64,000 nucleotides of DNA from Takakia lepidozioides (Eukaryota > Plantae > Bryophyta). Below, piece after piece: positions 48,601 through 64,000 of the stretch (positions are counted from its first letter, which is position 1; each line of letters begins with the position of its first letter). Made by a program: the position numbers and the translations under genes. The notes beneath the pieces were generated by a model, which saw only the letters and a program-made list of their open reading frames with translations, was not told the origin of the DNA and did no database searches. The stretch is taken from positions 61,256,001 through 61,320,000 of the forward strand of contig CM060734.1 of assembly GCA_030704615.1 (NCBI GenBank), given 5' to 3'.

Positions 48601-50525
48601 CTCTGTGGCCACTTGAAGACAGACAGCCTCCTTTGTGTTCACGTCATTCTACAAGCCTGACGTGGGTAATTCAAGCAGCCCCTATATTTTCTTCCTTGGC
48701 CTCCTTATGAGCCAGTACTCCCTTGCTGGCTTTGATGCTTCCGCCCATATGGTGAGTTCACAAATACTAGTACTACTATGAAGTTAATTCCCTTCTTCCA
48801 TTCTTCCTGATCTGATAGGTAATTGTTTGCAATCTAGGGTTCCTCTAGGAACTGCTACAGACAAGATTCTTGGGCCTCTAGCTTTGAAAATAAATATAAA
48901 CTCTAAAGAGGACCAGATTTTTATCTGAAATATGGGTGGAGTAGGGCTTAAAAGTTAGATTGAATACATGTACATACCTGTAGTCTAGACTTTTTGGTCG
49001 TTTAATCAATAGAATGGTCACCTCAACAACAGAGCTGCACATTGGTTGCTCGTGGCACATAGTACTTAGGTATGGATATATGGGCAAGAAAATTATTGTG
49101 ATGGTGTCCCTGAGAATCACCCTATTATGTATGCAGTGGATATTTTCACATCTCTTGAGGTAAGCTTGACAATCATATCTCCTTTTCTTTTGGAAGACGG
49201 AAGAAACAAAATCATCCGACAGAAATGGGGCATATGGGATTTTGAGCTCCATCATCATCTCAATCGTTTTCGGTTGGGCGTACATATTGGGACTGGCATT
49301 TACGGTGATAGATCCCACATCGTTGTTGGATCCGGCCAATGATGCAGGGGGCTATGCAGTTGCCCAACTCTTCTACCAGATATTTCAAGATCGGTATGGA
49401 AGTGGGACAGGTGGGATATTATGCCTCGGCATCATTGCTGTGGCAGTCTATTTTTGTGGCTTGGGCATGGTCACAAGTAACTCAAGGTAGGTCGACGAAC
49501 ATTCCCTCATAACCTTCTGAGTATGCCTGGGGAAGATGTACACTCACCTCCACAAACATATGCGTGATCACCTGGGCAATGCAATTTTCATGTACGAATC
49601 TATCAAGTGTTGAGAGGAGTAATTCTTGCAGGTCAATAATCAGAATGTATTCCAATTTCATGAGACGAGAATGTCACAACATGGCGACTATTAGGAGCCT
49701 AAGAGAAAACACAAACAAACTTCAGGAGTAGATTTTTCACCAAGGACTTTGGAAGGGTTATAAGTTTAATTCGGTTGAAAATTGCAGAATGGTGTATGCA
49801 TTTTCAACGGATGGAGCTCTACCTTTCTCACGACTCTGGCACAGGTGAACAGACATGATGTTTCTGTGTATGCAGTTTGGCTTTCATGCTTCATTGCCTT
49901 CATCATGGTGCTCCCAGTATGTGTTTCTCTTTCCACTATCTTACTTCTTTCAGAAACTTGAAATGATTGCTTGTCCCAACCTTATCCACACATATTTAAA
50001 ACGTTCATGAATCAAAGTAGGTGTATCATTTTATAACCACTTGATCTGATGGAGTTGTAATATATCCTGTAGAACACACATAAAGTGATTGAAACTTGTA
50101 AAGTCCGTTTCTTTATTCTAATGGATGTGTTCTTCTGGCAGTCACTAGGGAGTCAGGTCGCCTTCCAAGCTATGATTTCAGTTGCAGTTGTTGGGCTGTA
50201 CATTGCCTATGTTCTGCCAATTTTCTTCCGTGTGACTGTTGCTCGCCATACATTTGTGCAAGGCCCTGTCCGGTTTGGAAACCGGTTGTGTAGCCTCACC
50301 ATTGGTTGGATCGCTGTACTATGGGTGGCCATCATCACCGTTCTCTTCTGCTTGCCTGTACGATACCCTGTGAATGGTCAATCACTAAATTATACACCTG
50401 TTGCTGTTGGGGGTGTCTTCTTGTTAACTGTCTCGTATTGGCTTGTAAGCGCTCGGAAATGGTTCAAAGGCCCTCAACTGAACCTCACTAGCTCAGTTGA
50501 CACCAAAATGGGATATGCATTATGA
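45687..50525 (+). pseudogene. BAT1: BAT1-like (APC/ACT family, GABA/amino-acid) permease, apparently disabled
   Basis: Exons encode MDSGQKKLQELGYKQEL, SNFAIS, ICSAYPTSGGLYFWS, GFDASAHM|TEET, RMVYAFS.DGALPFS, NYTPVAVGG..SARKWFKGP. In-frame TGA at 48614-48616 and a 1-nt deletion near 49843. Confidence 0.88.
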
Positions 50526-50879
50526 ATGACCGATTCATAGCTGCCTCACATACTTGAGATTTTCTGGTGAATGTTAAATGCTCTGTTGGGGATTATTAGA
50601 GTAGTTTCAGTTCAAGAATCTATGTTTCCTTTCCATCACCTCACTTTCCAACCACCAAATTGGTGAACATTGCATTCTGTAACTCTTATCCCCCATATTT
50701 ATTATGACATCCTCCTCATCACTTGCTCCATAATTACTTGTTATCTTGCGGACCTTTTGTTTTCTTGATGCAGTTGGCCACTATTGAGCATTTTGCATTA
50801 CAATAGGGCAGGGCTTTCATGTATTCCATGCATAAGTTCTTTGTACAGAGTGTTTAGTACTAAGGTATTTGGGTGACGG

Positions 50880-51665
50880 TTATAATTCAGTTTTTGAAGC
50901 GTGGATGTGTGTTGGCTCTGGTAGCTTCGATTAAACTTAGTGTGTTCATGAAAGCTTGCCTTGCGTGTGCTAGACTAGGAACTTCAACCCAGGCTTCTCG
51001 TCGAGTTTGACTTAGAGAGACTCTCTCCTCGCTCGAGTTATGCTCTAGGAGTTTATTGTGTGTCTTCTCTTGTGTTAGTGGTGTAAGTTCAGTATGTTAA
51101 TGAAAGTGAAGCTTGATAGTGGTCTATGGTGGTTGCATTGGGTGTGCTATAGAGTAGGAACTTCATTCCAAACTTCTTGCCGAGTTTCTCTTAAATACAC
51201 TCTTTCGTCGCCCTTGGGTTTTGTTGCAAGAATTTATTTATGTGTTTTAGCTTGTGTTAGTGTTGTATCCTATTCGTAGCATGGCTTCTGGGGGAAGAGA
51301 GGAGGCCCAACAATGCGTGAGCTTGGGCAACGAGCTTGTAAGCATATGTTCATGGTTATGAGCCCAAGCCTCGTTGGATTAGTGATTCTTTTGCGGCCTT
51401 TTGCCTTGTGGCCGAGGGTCAAGACACAGAGGGGGCTGCACTTGTGGTAAGGGCAATGACTGTAAATGGGGGCTGAAGGAGCCATCGAGGCCCCAACCGG
51501 GAGGTGGTGGGGCTCCGAGTGGTGGGATTGTAGAGTACGGAGAAGCGAATGGGGGTTGTATATGACTCATCAAGAGCTTAGGGACTCGAGATGGGAGTGT
51601 GGGGAGTCTTGGACTAACCGCGGGTCGGAGTGGACCAAGAGTCACCTGAATTGCCCCTAGGGAGT
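50880..51665. repeat. TE-derived remnant: about 180-bp diverged tandem pair (50960-51085 / 51140-51268) plus the segment homologous to 22020-22315
   Basis: gtgtgcta..taggaacttca...cgagttt..ttgtgttagtg.tgta occurs twice; downstream block matches the 22 kb repeat. Confidence 0.6.
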
Positions 51666-52423
51666 CCAAAACTTAAAAAGGGCTGTTTATGGAACCCTTA
51701 CATTTTGTTGGTTAACTTCTTTCTTCATGCCTGTCTAACCTTGATACAGAAGACCAGAACATTAAATCCCAAAGAGAATATTCTCTCCCGCTGGTTGTCC
51801 TTTAGGACTGTTGCCATTGTTTTAGAAGCCTACTTGGCCTTCTGGATACCTATTTGTGAGTGTCTCCACGTCTGGTTGATCAGAACAATTTGGAAGTATC
51901 TTTCTGAAAGCTGAAGGAAAACATTGCAGGTAATCGAATATTACATTTTTCCAATTTCATAGTTCTCAAGGGAAGAGACTGCTAGTAACATCAAAGTAAA
52001 GTGATTGCCATCAGTTAGCCTCAAAGCAGTTAGCTTTGAATCGTGGGGATACTACAAACCCCAGCAGTACTTAAACGAGAAGAATTTATACTCTGCTCTG
52101 AGCCCAGATCAACCAAGCTCTAAAGCTGACCCCAGACTGAAAACCAGGGAGAGCACCTTGCTGATTGAAGACGTAAAGAGTCCATGATGTTACATCTGTA
52201 GCCTATTACATACACAACCATCCTCCAGTCCAAGGGAAAAGAACCTTACGAAGTGAAGCCAGCTCTCTCCAATGTGCTTGACATCTGAGAACAGTGGAAC
52301 ACCTGGGGTAACTGTTTTCTGCAGGATTTAGCTTCCTCTAATTAACAAGCTTCAATATCCGTTGCTCACTGTAAAGAATCACACCTTGCACTAAGGAGAG
52401 TCTCTTCCCAAGAAACAGTGCAC

Positions 52424-52458
52424 CAACTCAACTCAACTCAACTCAACTCAACTCAACC
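52424..52458. repeat. (AACTC)n microsatellite
   Basis: About six tandem AACTC units downstream of threonine synthase. Confidence 0.9.
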
Positions 52459-52598
52459 ATCACAGGACATCACTGACCATCACAGATCACCTCCCGAGAG
52501 GTGGGAAAGGGAGGGATAAAATCAGCTGAAAATATCAGCCTCTGAGAGGCTGCCACCTAAGAGAGTGTACCGTACAATATTTGACAGATGTAGCTACC

Positions 52599-54866
<2,268 letters not shown>

Positions 54867-56751
54867 TCAAAGTTCCAAGTTGCCCCTCCCCTCCTTTTCA
54901 AGTCCTGCAATTCAGAATCTGAATTTTCCCTTTTCCCTCTTCGACCACCACCCCCGCCCCCCAACACACACCTTTCAAGTACCCCCACTCCTCCCGCCTT
55001 CCGATTCTAGTCGCTTCCTTCAAAGACCCTATAATTGAATCTCTGTCCGTCTGTCTCTCCCTTCCCTCTCCGCCTGGTCTACCCGTCCCCGCTTCCAAAG
55101 CTCCTGCAATTGCACCTCTCTGCCTTTTGCTTCAGCACACAGCCCTTCTACCACTCTGTTTCTCTCACCCCCTCTCTGACGGTCGGTTCAGAACCATGAC
55201 GATGATGTTCCCTTCGTTAGAAACAGGTTATCATAAAGTTCCCACTTGTGGCTTACAAACCATGATTTGCATCTCTTCTCACACACTCCTTTTTCAATTC
55301 CTATAACTCGACTTCAATCCGTGAGAGCCATGACAAGCAGATGATGCCGCCCAACTCCATCCCTGTTCCTGAACCTCTATTCCTATTCTTGACCTCTATT
55401 TCAATTTCAGTGGGCTAAAAGATCATAGTCTATCAACACTGTTTTCGACAATGCCTTTGGCAGTCACCAAACCTCTTCTGAGTCAAGAAACCAGGAACAG
55501 AACCGCATTTTTTTAGGAACTCGTGACAAGGGTGATTGTAAACCCTGCAACAGAGTAATGGAACTAAATGTACGTAATGGATACAAGCAATCTGTCTTCG
55601 CTGTGTGGGTTGAACGAGTCCTTTCCCCCTCATTTCAAGGATAAAGAACACTGTTTACCGGGGGATGAGGATTAGGTGGAAGAGCTAATAAGAAAGGCAA
55701 TTAGTAGAGCAGGCAAAGCCAAAACATTTCCACACTAGACTTGAGAAAATTGGTCTTAGGGGTTGATCTGGAGTGAAGGTAGAGAGATTAGAGCCTCAGA
55801 CAGGAAATGAGTCTCATTTTTTGCGCTCAAAGACTCATTTTTTGCGCTCATTTTTGAGCTTCTACAGCCTCATGCCGGGCCCCTCATTCCAGGAAGATCC
55901 CCCTCCTCGGGCTTCACCCTACACACTTAATGTTTAGGACACTGTCCGAGAGGAATTGCAAGCCTTCAAAGCAGAGACTCAGTGGCGAGTTGCACCCACA
56001 GCCAACTCAAAGTGTGAACAAGGGACCCACAAATACGAGGTCTACATACCAGACATGGGTAACATGTCTCATATGTATAAAGACTACACACTATACTTAG
56101 CACTATCCAAACAGTGTAGCTGGGGCAACTGGTAACTATGTAGTAGATGCAGCAATCAGGAGCCTAACTTTTCCTCTGAAGTTAGCTTAACAAGCATGGC
56201 AGTCGCCAGGTGTGGCCGGCCCCTTAGAGTACGCCTTTGAACCACAAGTATGCAAACTTATGCCAAGTACTAATGACTACAATGACCACTTTCCACTGGA
56301 GTGGAGCATTGTCTACCTTCTTTCAAAGGTTTGCTCACTAGAACAACCAAAAAAGTTCTATTTGGAGAAACATCATGCAGCCTTTTGGACGAAATTCTGT
56401 ATACATAATCCATATGTAATTGGGGAGCCAACTAAATCCATTTCAGCAAATGCATCATACTAGGAATGCACAGATGCACCTTGGAGGCCGTACCCCAGCA
56501 TCCCACTGTAAGCAGTGAAACAGAGAAGAGGAAGGCAGGAGGAGGGGGCACCCTGAGAAGACGGGCCTTGAGATCTGGTGCTCAAATATCACCACTCATT
56601 GCATTGTACACTTATAAACAACCAAATCTACAAATTTTTTCTCAGTAACAATACGCACACATCTAGTTGCACGCTTTACTTATCAATGAAGGACTGAATC
56701 AAAAAATCTAATTAGTGGTACTAACACTGAACAAAGTTCCTATGGCTAAGC

Positions 56752-59700
56752 TCAGTCTTCCTGTGCTGGTGGAATGTCTGCCAGGTCCAACTCCTCCAAA
56801 CCCAATGGATCATCTGTTGCTACCAAATCACTTCGGAAACCAAACCCACCCTGCGCACCCATTCCAACAACCGGACTCAGTTCCATCAGCCCCCTACTCG
56901 TATTTACAGTTTTGCTAGCACATGAGGTTGTTAGACACCAGAAGGGTATTTTCTTGGTTAGAACAGCCAGAGCAAGTGTTAGAGCATATGGCTTGTCCAT
57001 AACTACTTTTCCACATCTGCACATGGATACCTGCCCAACAATCACAATGGAAGATTGGAGTCACACACCTCCTGCTGCAACCTTAACTCTTCTGCCCGAG
57101 CAGCTGCTTCAGCTTGTGCAACTCTTTGCCTGAATGTCTTAGCCATCTCATCGGCCTGCAATTTATCCAGATTACAGCACATCAATCACATCTGCTAACT
57201 GAAACAGACAACAAGCTGCCAGTTGATGGTGTAAGCTGTGAGATGTTCTATCTTGTTGGTTCCCACCAAAGAAACAGCGCAAATTATAGCTTCAAGCATA
57301 TCAGTGAAGTTATAGACACGTATGGAACAGAGAGAGAGAGAGAGCCCCACAAAGAGAAAAGAAATGCAGACAAGTGACTTGAGGATGTTTTTTTCTTAGT
57401 CCTCTAGAGCTACCGCACCTAAACATGGATACATGAGGATGTGACATGCAGGAGGTGAAAAGTTAGACTAGCAGTCAGTTCAAAGATAAGGTGTCCAGTT
57501 GACTATCACAGCCTCCCATTGGAATTCTTGCATGCCAAACAAGGGTGCATAATGGTATAATTGCAATAAGTGGGCCCAACCACACAGTACAACAATCTAA
57601 TATCACAAACGAAAATAGTACAGATTGATCACTTGGAGTGACTTGGAAGAGGGGTAATGTAAAGCAGCCGACCTTCTCATATACAAGAGCTGGGTTCCGC
57701 AGCATGTCACCAGGAGTGGGTTCCAGCTTCTTGGTGGACAAGCTGATGCGACCCCTCTCTCTGTCCTGGCTCAATATCATCACCTGCACAAAGCAACAGA
57801 GACCAATTGCTCACAATCTATACAAGAAACAAAGCTATAAAGTTTCAGGCAGGTGTTGAAATACATCTTGTTTTGGTTACATAAAGTGACCCCAGAGGTT
57901 TAACAAACTTCTGACCAGAGGTTGCTTACAGAGATGTAGACAACCAGTAACTACTTGCACCTCTTACAAATTACAAACATAAAAAACATTGACACAGTTC
58001 CACCTACAAGAAGAAAAATACTCAGACATTACCTTGAGTTTGTCACCCGGAGAAAGAACAGTCTCGACAGTGGTGAGGCGGTCATGGCTGATTTGACTGA
58101 TATGTAGGAGCCCACTGATACCTCCGATGTCAATGAAAGCTCCATATGGCTTTACAGTTTGCACTGTACCCACCACAACAGATCCAATGCCAAAGACAGA
58201 TTGGTTTTCAGCCACAGCCTTGCGGTTGCTTAGCACCAACCGGGTGCGCTCCTCATCCACCTCCAAGAACTTAAGTGGTAGCTCCTTGTCCACCAGGTCA
58301 TCCTGATTTTGATTTTGTCTCTGCACATCAACTCTATTGGTCAATTACCAACCCTACAGCCGACAGATTCATGACCAGAGTTAGATCTGGGCTGTACACC
58401 ATTGGCATTGGCAAACTTCAAAGAGAAAGTGAATCCAATTTTGACCAAAATAATTGAGACACTGTAGAGTTGCTACCGTAGGCTCAGTAAGAAATTCACT
58501 AGATGACACCAAGATGAAAAAATTCAAGACAGAGGGGAGGGAGAGTGTACGTGTGAAAAACTTACAGCTGAAATTTGAGAGAAGGGAACAAAGCCACGCA
58601 GGCCCTCCACTTGGACCACCACTCCACCGCTGTTGGCTGCCAAAACCTGTAGTGACAGACACCAAGCAGCAAAATGCTGAAATCTCCATTCTCCACAGAT
58701 GCCAAAGGCAACTAGCTTACTTTCAATGACTACAACAACAAGTGAAGTCCCAGGAAGTACAATCCCAGGATACCAGAAAAAGACGAGACCAAATCCAGCC
58801 CAGAGGTAGGGAGGATCGATTGAGCTGGCAAAATGACTTACCTTACCCCGGATGGCAATGTCATCTGTCTGTAGTTGACGGCAGCGCTCCCACGAAAAGT
58901 CATATTGCAGTTTCCGCAGGCTCAAAATCATGCGACCATTGTCATCATCGTCACGCACAATGACAAACTCCTCCTCAATGCCTGGTACCAGCCCCACCTC
59001 CTCCACACTCTTCAGTTTGTGGATGCATGCCTCCTGCAGTGGCAGGTATGCTGGTGCCTTTGCACCAATGTCGATCAGTGCCCCATTGTAGTCAGTCTTG
59101 AACACAACACCTTTCACCTGCATGCCCGATACCACTCAAGTCCTCAGATCTCTAACTCTCTCTTCCGTTAGAGATCAGGCAGCCGTAAAGGCAATGTTCC
59201 TCTCCTTCCCTCGCCAACTGCATTTGAATGAACTGACTCTGAAATAGCACAGCTTTAAAAAGATACTTCAAATGATTGGGTCTTATTGCCGGTGTAAATG
59301 CAGGACAACTGCAGCAGAGGTATTCAGTACACACAATCATGTGTTGAAACACAAGGCTAGGTGTGGCACACACACACACTTCCACAGAAAATATGGGTAC
59401 TCAAACTGACAGTAGAATAAAAAGTGAAATCGCCACCATGATAACAAGCTCCAATCCTACAATACTCAGAAAGCACTAAAACCCCATCTGTTGCTAACTC
59501 GCACGGCAATTGTCATGCAGGACTGCAAGGGATCTATGTGAAAGAAAGGCAGAGTACATGGCCAGAATTCAGCCCTTAAATCTGCCTTGGGCTAACCTGG
59601 GAATTGACTAGAAATTTGACCTAGAAAATCTTCGCTAACTCATACTCATGCAGGCATGATAACTAGAATGCAGCAACATTCTCGAGAAATTTGTATTATC

Positions 59701-60657
59701 CTCCGTCTTCATATATCATCAACAAGCCTGAATTCTTCTCTCCTATCTCTCTCTGCGCACACTTCTCTTGCTCCGCTCACCCTGTGCAAGGTCTGTTGTG
59801 ACATTTTCCAGTTCAAGATGACCCATCTGAGTTCAAAAGCAGTACTGAACAGCAGCTGGGCCTGTAGAAGGTACCATGTCACCAATCTCGAAGCTGAAGT
59901 CATACTTAGATAGAGCCTCTGCAAACTCCTCATAAGTAAATTGCACGCCCTCCAATGGGCTATCCAAAGCTCTCTGCCATCGCTCTTCTGCCTCTGCCTG
60001 CAATAATGTTTCTGTTTTCAGTAACACAATAATGTACAAACAAATTTATAAACTCGCACCACCGGAATACGGCGTATACTCAAAAACTTGTAATGGGACA
60101 GCACCCAAGCTAGAGTCCAGACCTCAACACATGCACAAATCTCAACGGTCAGGCCTCAGTATGCCCTGAACCAGGCCACCAGCCTATTATTTACTTGCGA
60201 GACGATACCAACGTCCCCCCTTTCGGGAGTAGTGAACCCCAGCTCAAAATGCCTACAAGACACAGCCTGTAGAGAATCCACTAACGAAGTACCTAACAGC
60301 GTCCTCCCTCACAAAGTGACAGGCAGCAATTGCGCATCATACAAAACTGGTGATTGCGGAAGAACCTGGAGCTAAGGATACAATACAGAAATGGGTACAA
60401 CCAGCTACGGAGTATGTACTTGCCATCAAACTATCCTTGGCTTTGGGGTAGGCCAGAGCAGCTGCCGCACAGTGCAGGCGCGACCCTCCTGTTGGTAGCC
60501 CTCCATTGGACGCTAGTTTCCCACCCAAAAATCTGCTATTTGTAACCCCTACCAATCCTGCCTTCGAGTACCCGACAAATGCAGAGCGCAGCTGCTGGCA
60601 AGAATCTCTGAATGCTCCCACTGCCACGGCTGTAGACTTTGTGGCTACAGCCTCCAT
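56752..60657 (-). CDS. PRPS1: Plastid 30S ribosomal protein S1 (bS1c), multi-exon; some internal boundaries approximate
   Basis: Transit peptide from 60657; S1 repeats [53 protein letters not shown]; [15 protein letters not shown]; [17 protein letters not shown]. Confidence 0.93.
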
Positions 60658-61006
60658 CTCCGAATCCCACCTCAGTCCACAACAAACTCAACAACAACAA
60701 ACAGCACTGCAGATTCTCTGCTCCACAACAGCTCTCAAATTGTTCGAGAAGAATTTGAGTGTGTGACTGACTGCGAGACAGCGACAGAGAGACTGCGAGA
60801 GAGACGGAGTGGCTATACCCTATCCACACTGCTCGCCACCCATCTCGTACCATGCCATGGCCCATGTGCGACATGCTATCCACGTCATGCATGCCAGCCC
60901 GTTGTCCATCCATTCGGAACGGAACTCCGTCCGTTCAACTCCATCCGTCCGTCGTTATTCACCATCCACCAACTTTCTTACCCCCCCTATTAATGTAATT
61001 TCACGA

Positions 61007-61035
61007 TTAGGGTTTTGGGGTTTGCGAAACCCTAA
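61007..61035. promoter_or_regulatory. Two oppositely oriented telo-boxes (TTAGGGTTT, AAACCCTAA) between the divergent PRPS1 and eIF3e genes
   Basis: Exact motifs at 61007-61015 and 61027-61035; telo-boxes are typical of plant translation-machinery promoters. Confidence 0.65.
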
Positions 61036-61136
61036 CATCTGAGAGAGACACAGCCGAGCGAGCTCTCTTGTGAATTTCGTGCGGTTGTGAGTGTTTGTTT
61101 TGGAGATTTTGGATTGTGCAGTAGCCGTGGGGAGCC

Positions 61137-63876
61137 ATGGCGCAGTATGATCTGACAGCGAAGGTGGCGCCATATCTGGACCGTCATTTGGTGTTTCCAC
61201 TCTTGGAGTTTCTGCAAGAGAAAGAGCTGTATGCAGATGACCAGATTCTCAAGGCGAAGATCGAGCTGTTGGCCAAGACTAACATGGTTGATTATGCCAT
61301 GGATATTCACAAAAGCTTGTATCATACTGAAGATGTTCCTCAAGGTGCCTTCCACACCCTGCATTTTGCTTGCTTCGGACTTCTTTGTTTCCGATGATAG
61401 CATGCGCTTCCGAAAAGCGTCTTTAAGACGCAGATCCGTGGTCTCTCAGAGGGGAGCACTTTGGTGAAGGATAACATAGGATTGTTTGTCTGATTTGAAT
61501 TGTTGTGAACAGTCGATTACGTGGTACATTGTTGTCCACTATCCCAGGGAAAATTTGTCTGGCAAGTGTACTTCGCTGGGGTTGTTCCTGCGTAGGTGGG
61601 ATTTTCCTGTTATTTAGGCTGTAATCTACGTGTGGAACTGTGGGGAGCAGAGATGGTGGACAGGAGGGTAGAAGTAGTGGGCCGGTTGAAGATGCTAGAG
61701 GAGTCGGCTGCGCCGCTTATCAGCTTCCTGCAGAACCCTGCCCTGGTGCAGGAGCTACGGGCTGACAAGCAATATAACCTTCAAATGCTGCAGGAAAGAT
61801 ATCAGGTATTTTCCTTTGTGTTGATTTCACCTTGAATTACTCCCTCCCGGCCTGCCTTTCCCTCTAGATCCGGGGAAATGTTTCCCACTTCAAACCCCCT
61901 TATGATTGTTGTGTGACTGGCTGGTGTTGGGGCTGGTGTGGCCTACTAGTCTTGGTAGGAGAGTGATAGTTTCTCCCTTTACAAGTCGCCACTGTGTATC
62001 ATACATTGCAGTAGACCAATCCAGGTGTTTTCATCAGCATGCCTTTGATGTGTAGCTCTGTACCCTTGTGTGGTGCTCCCTTGCCCATGACAGTTGTTGA
62101 ACCCCTCACTTTTCAATCAAGTTTGCTGTGGGTTTGCCTGAGTGTTCTGTCAGTTTGCATCTGCGTTTCTCTGATAGTCTGAACTGACTTATCCTATGTG
62201 ATTTGGTTTTTCTGGGAATCGCAGATAGGCTCAGAGCAAATAGAGGCCCTCTATCAGTATGCCAAGTTCCAGTTTGAGTGTGGCAACTATTCAGGTGCAT
62301 CTGACTATCTTTACCAGTATCGCACTCTGTGCACCAATAGCGAGCGCAGCTTCAGTGCGTTGTGGGGCAAGCTGGCAGCTGAAGTCTTGATGCAGAACTG
62401 GGATGTCGCAATTGAGGAGTTGAATCGATTGGAAGAGATTATTGATTCAAAGGTAAGGGAAGGAATTATTATTCTGTCAGATCTACTTACAGTATCAATT
62501 TGGCATTGATATATGCAAGGCCTACCTCTGGGCCCCACTAGTTTTCCTTCCAGATTCGCAGTCACATCAGTTTATAGAACCTAATCTTCTTTAAAAGTAA
62601 AGACTATGTGCGCTGCCTGGGTCTCTACCCTTTGTTCACTTACAAAGAAGTATACACTAAAACAATACTGTGATGTGGGCAGAACTTTTCATCCCCACTG
62701 AATCATTTGCAACAGCGAACATGGTTGATGCACTGGAGTCTCTTCATCTTTTTCAATCATGAGAATGGAAGGAACAGCATCATCGACTTGTTCTTTTCAG
62801 AAAGGTAAGTAGATTTTGAGGCCAAGTACTTCCGCTTTATACAGAACAGCAAGTATTTCTTGTTGTGTGTTTAAATATTTTGTTCTGAAAGGGTAAGACA
62901 TCTCCTGCCTTGGCTATCCAGGTATCTGAACGCAATTCAGACAAATGCCCACCATCTGTTGCGGTACTTGGCCACCGCAGTTATAGTGAACAAGAGGCGC
63001 AGGAGTATGCTCAAAGAGCTCATTAAAGTTATCCAGCAGGAACACTATATGTACAGTGATCCCATTACAGAGTTCTTGGAGTGTTTATATGTCAACTACG
63101 ATTTTGAAGGTGCTCAGCAGAAATTGCGGGAGTGTGAGGAGGTAAGGGAGACCTACCGTAGTGGGCTTGCTTGTACTTTTGAATATGATGTTGTCATCAC
63201 CCTCACTTGAGGCCTGTCAATATGTTCCCATGTTGTGCTTGGTTGTTTCCTCAGCAGTAGAGGAAGTTATTCCCAAAGTTTGAGCTGCTTGTTTTCCTCC
63301 TTCCACTATGGCATCCTTAATCCAGTCCTCACTCCCTTATGCACAGACTGTGAAATCATAGGCACAAGGTAGGTATCCTCTCAAATGGATTTCCAACTTT
63401 TAATCTCTTCACAGCTTCATTTGTGTGTCTAGCTTTGGAGGGCCTTTGGTCCCTTTTCCAGCTACCTTTGGCTTTTCTTAGGGAAAGGGAAAGGGAATTT
63501 CTTCCTTCCGGTTTTGAGGCATGTACATGTTGTTGCATATCCACAAGAAAGGATAATACTTCCTGGAATTCTCAGTGAGAGCCCTGAATATGCAGACTTC
63601 ATGCAAAGGAACAGCTGATTGCATTTCAGAAATGTCTGATATCCTCTACTGGGTTTCTAGAAATCTGGAGTTGTTGCAGATGTTGCATAGATGTGAGAGG
63701 GACTTATTTCGATGGCCATGGGGTGTACGCAGTTGATTGTGAATGACTTCTTCTTGGGGAAGCAAGCCCAGGAAAATGGCTTTGTCACTGTTCCATTGCG
63801 TGATGAGTTCCTGGAGAATGCCCGTCTTTTCATCTTTGAGACATACTGCCGCATCCACCAGTGCATTGACATTGGG
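61137..63876 (+). CDS. EIF3E: Eukaryotic translation initiation factor 3 subunit E (partial; continues beyond window)
   Basis: [90 protein letters not shown] across GT-AG exons. Confidence 0.96.
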
Positions 63877-64000
63877 TAAGGATTTTTGTAGCATGAATCC
63901 AAAGTGTTCCTTCTCTTTGCATCTGTTCCTTTCATGTGATTGCTGGGGTTCATTCGTTCTATGGCAGTTGGTTCTCTTGGGACTGCCGTGGATGTCTTGG

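Noticed and set aside
48614-48616. TGA as selenocysteine or an edited codon
   Set aside because: Land plants lack Sec machinery, the gene is nuclear, and an independent frameshift also disables it.

Overview
This is eukaryotic nuclear DNA from a land plant. Spliceosomal introns, plastid transit peptides and protein style suggest a bryophyte or other non-seed plant (inference). The window has two domains. (1) About 1-33 kb is a nested transposon graveyard: a MULE/SWIM-type transposase pseudogene, a family of hAT-type MITEs with CAGTGTTGG ends and 8-bp TSDs, LINE ORF1/ORF2 fragments, an EnSpm/CACTA transposase, and a Ty3-like gag-protease element with a C5 DNA-methyltransferase N-terminus fused after the protease. 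Hidden in the AT-rich 4.5-8.6 kb stretch is a multi-exon, decayed gene encoding a Hedgehog-type Hog module (Hint autoprocessing domain plus sterol-recognition-like tail) behind an unrecognised Cys-rich N-terminal region. (2) About 34-64 kb is gene-rich: importin beta-1, a degenerate full-length Ty1/copia element, a disabled BAT1-like amino-acid permease, threonine synthase, and plastid ribosomal protein S1 head-to-head with eIF3e (truncated by the window end). The top leads are the plant Hog/Hint gene and the methyltransferase-carrying retrotransposon. All protein calls come from manual translation and motif recognition; no database searches were run.
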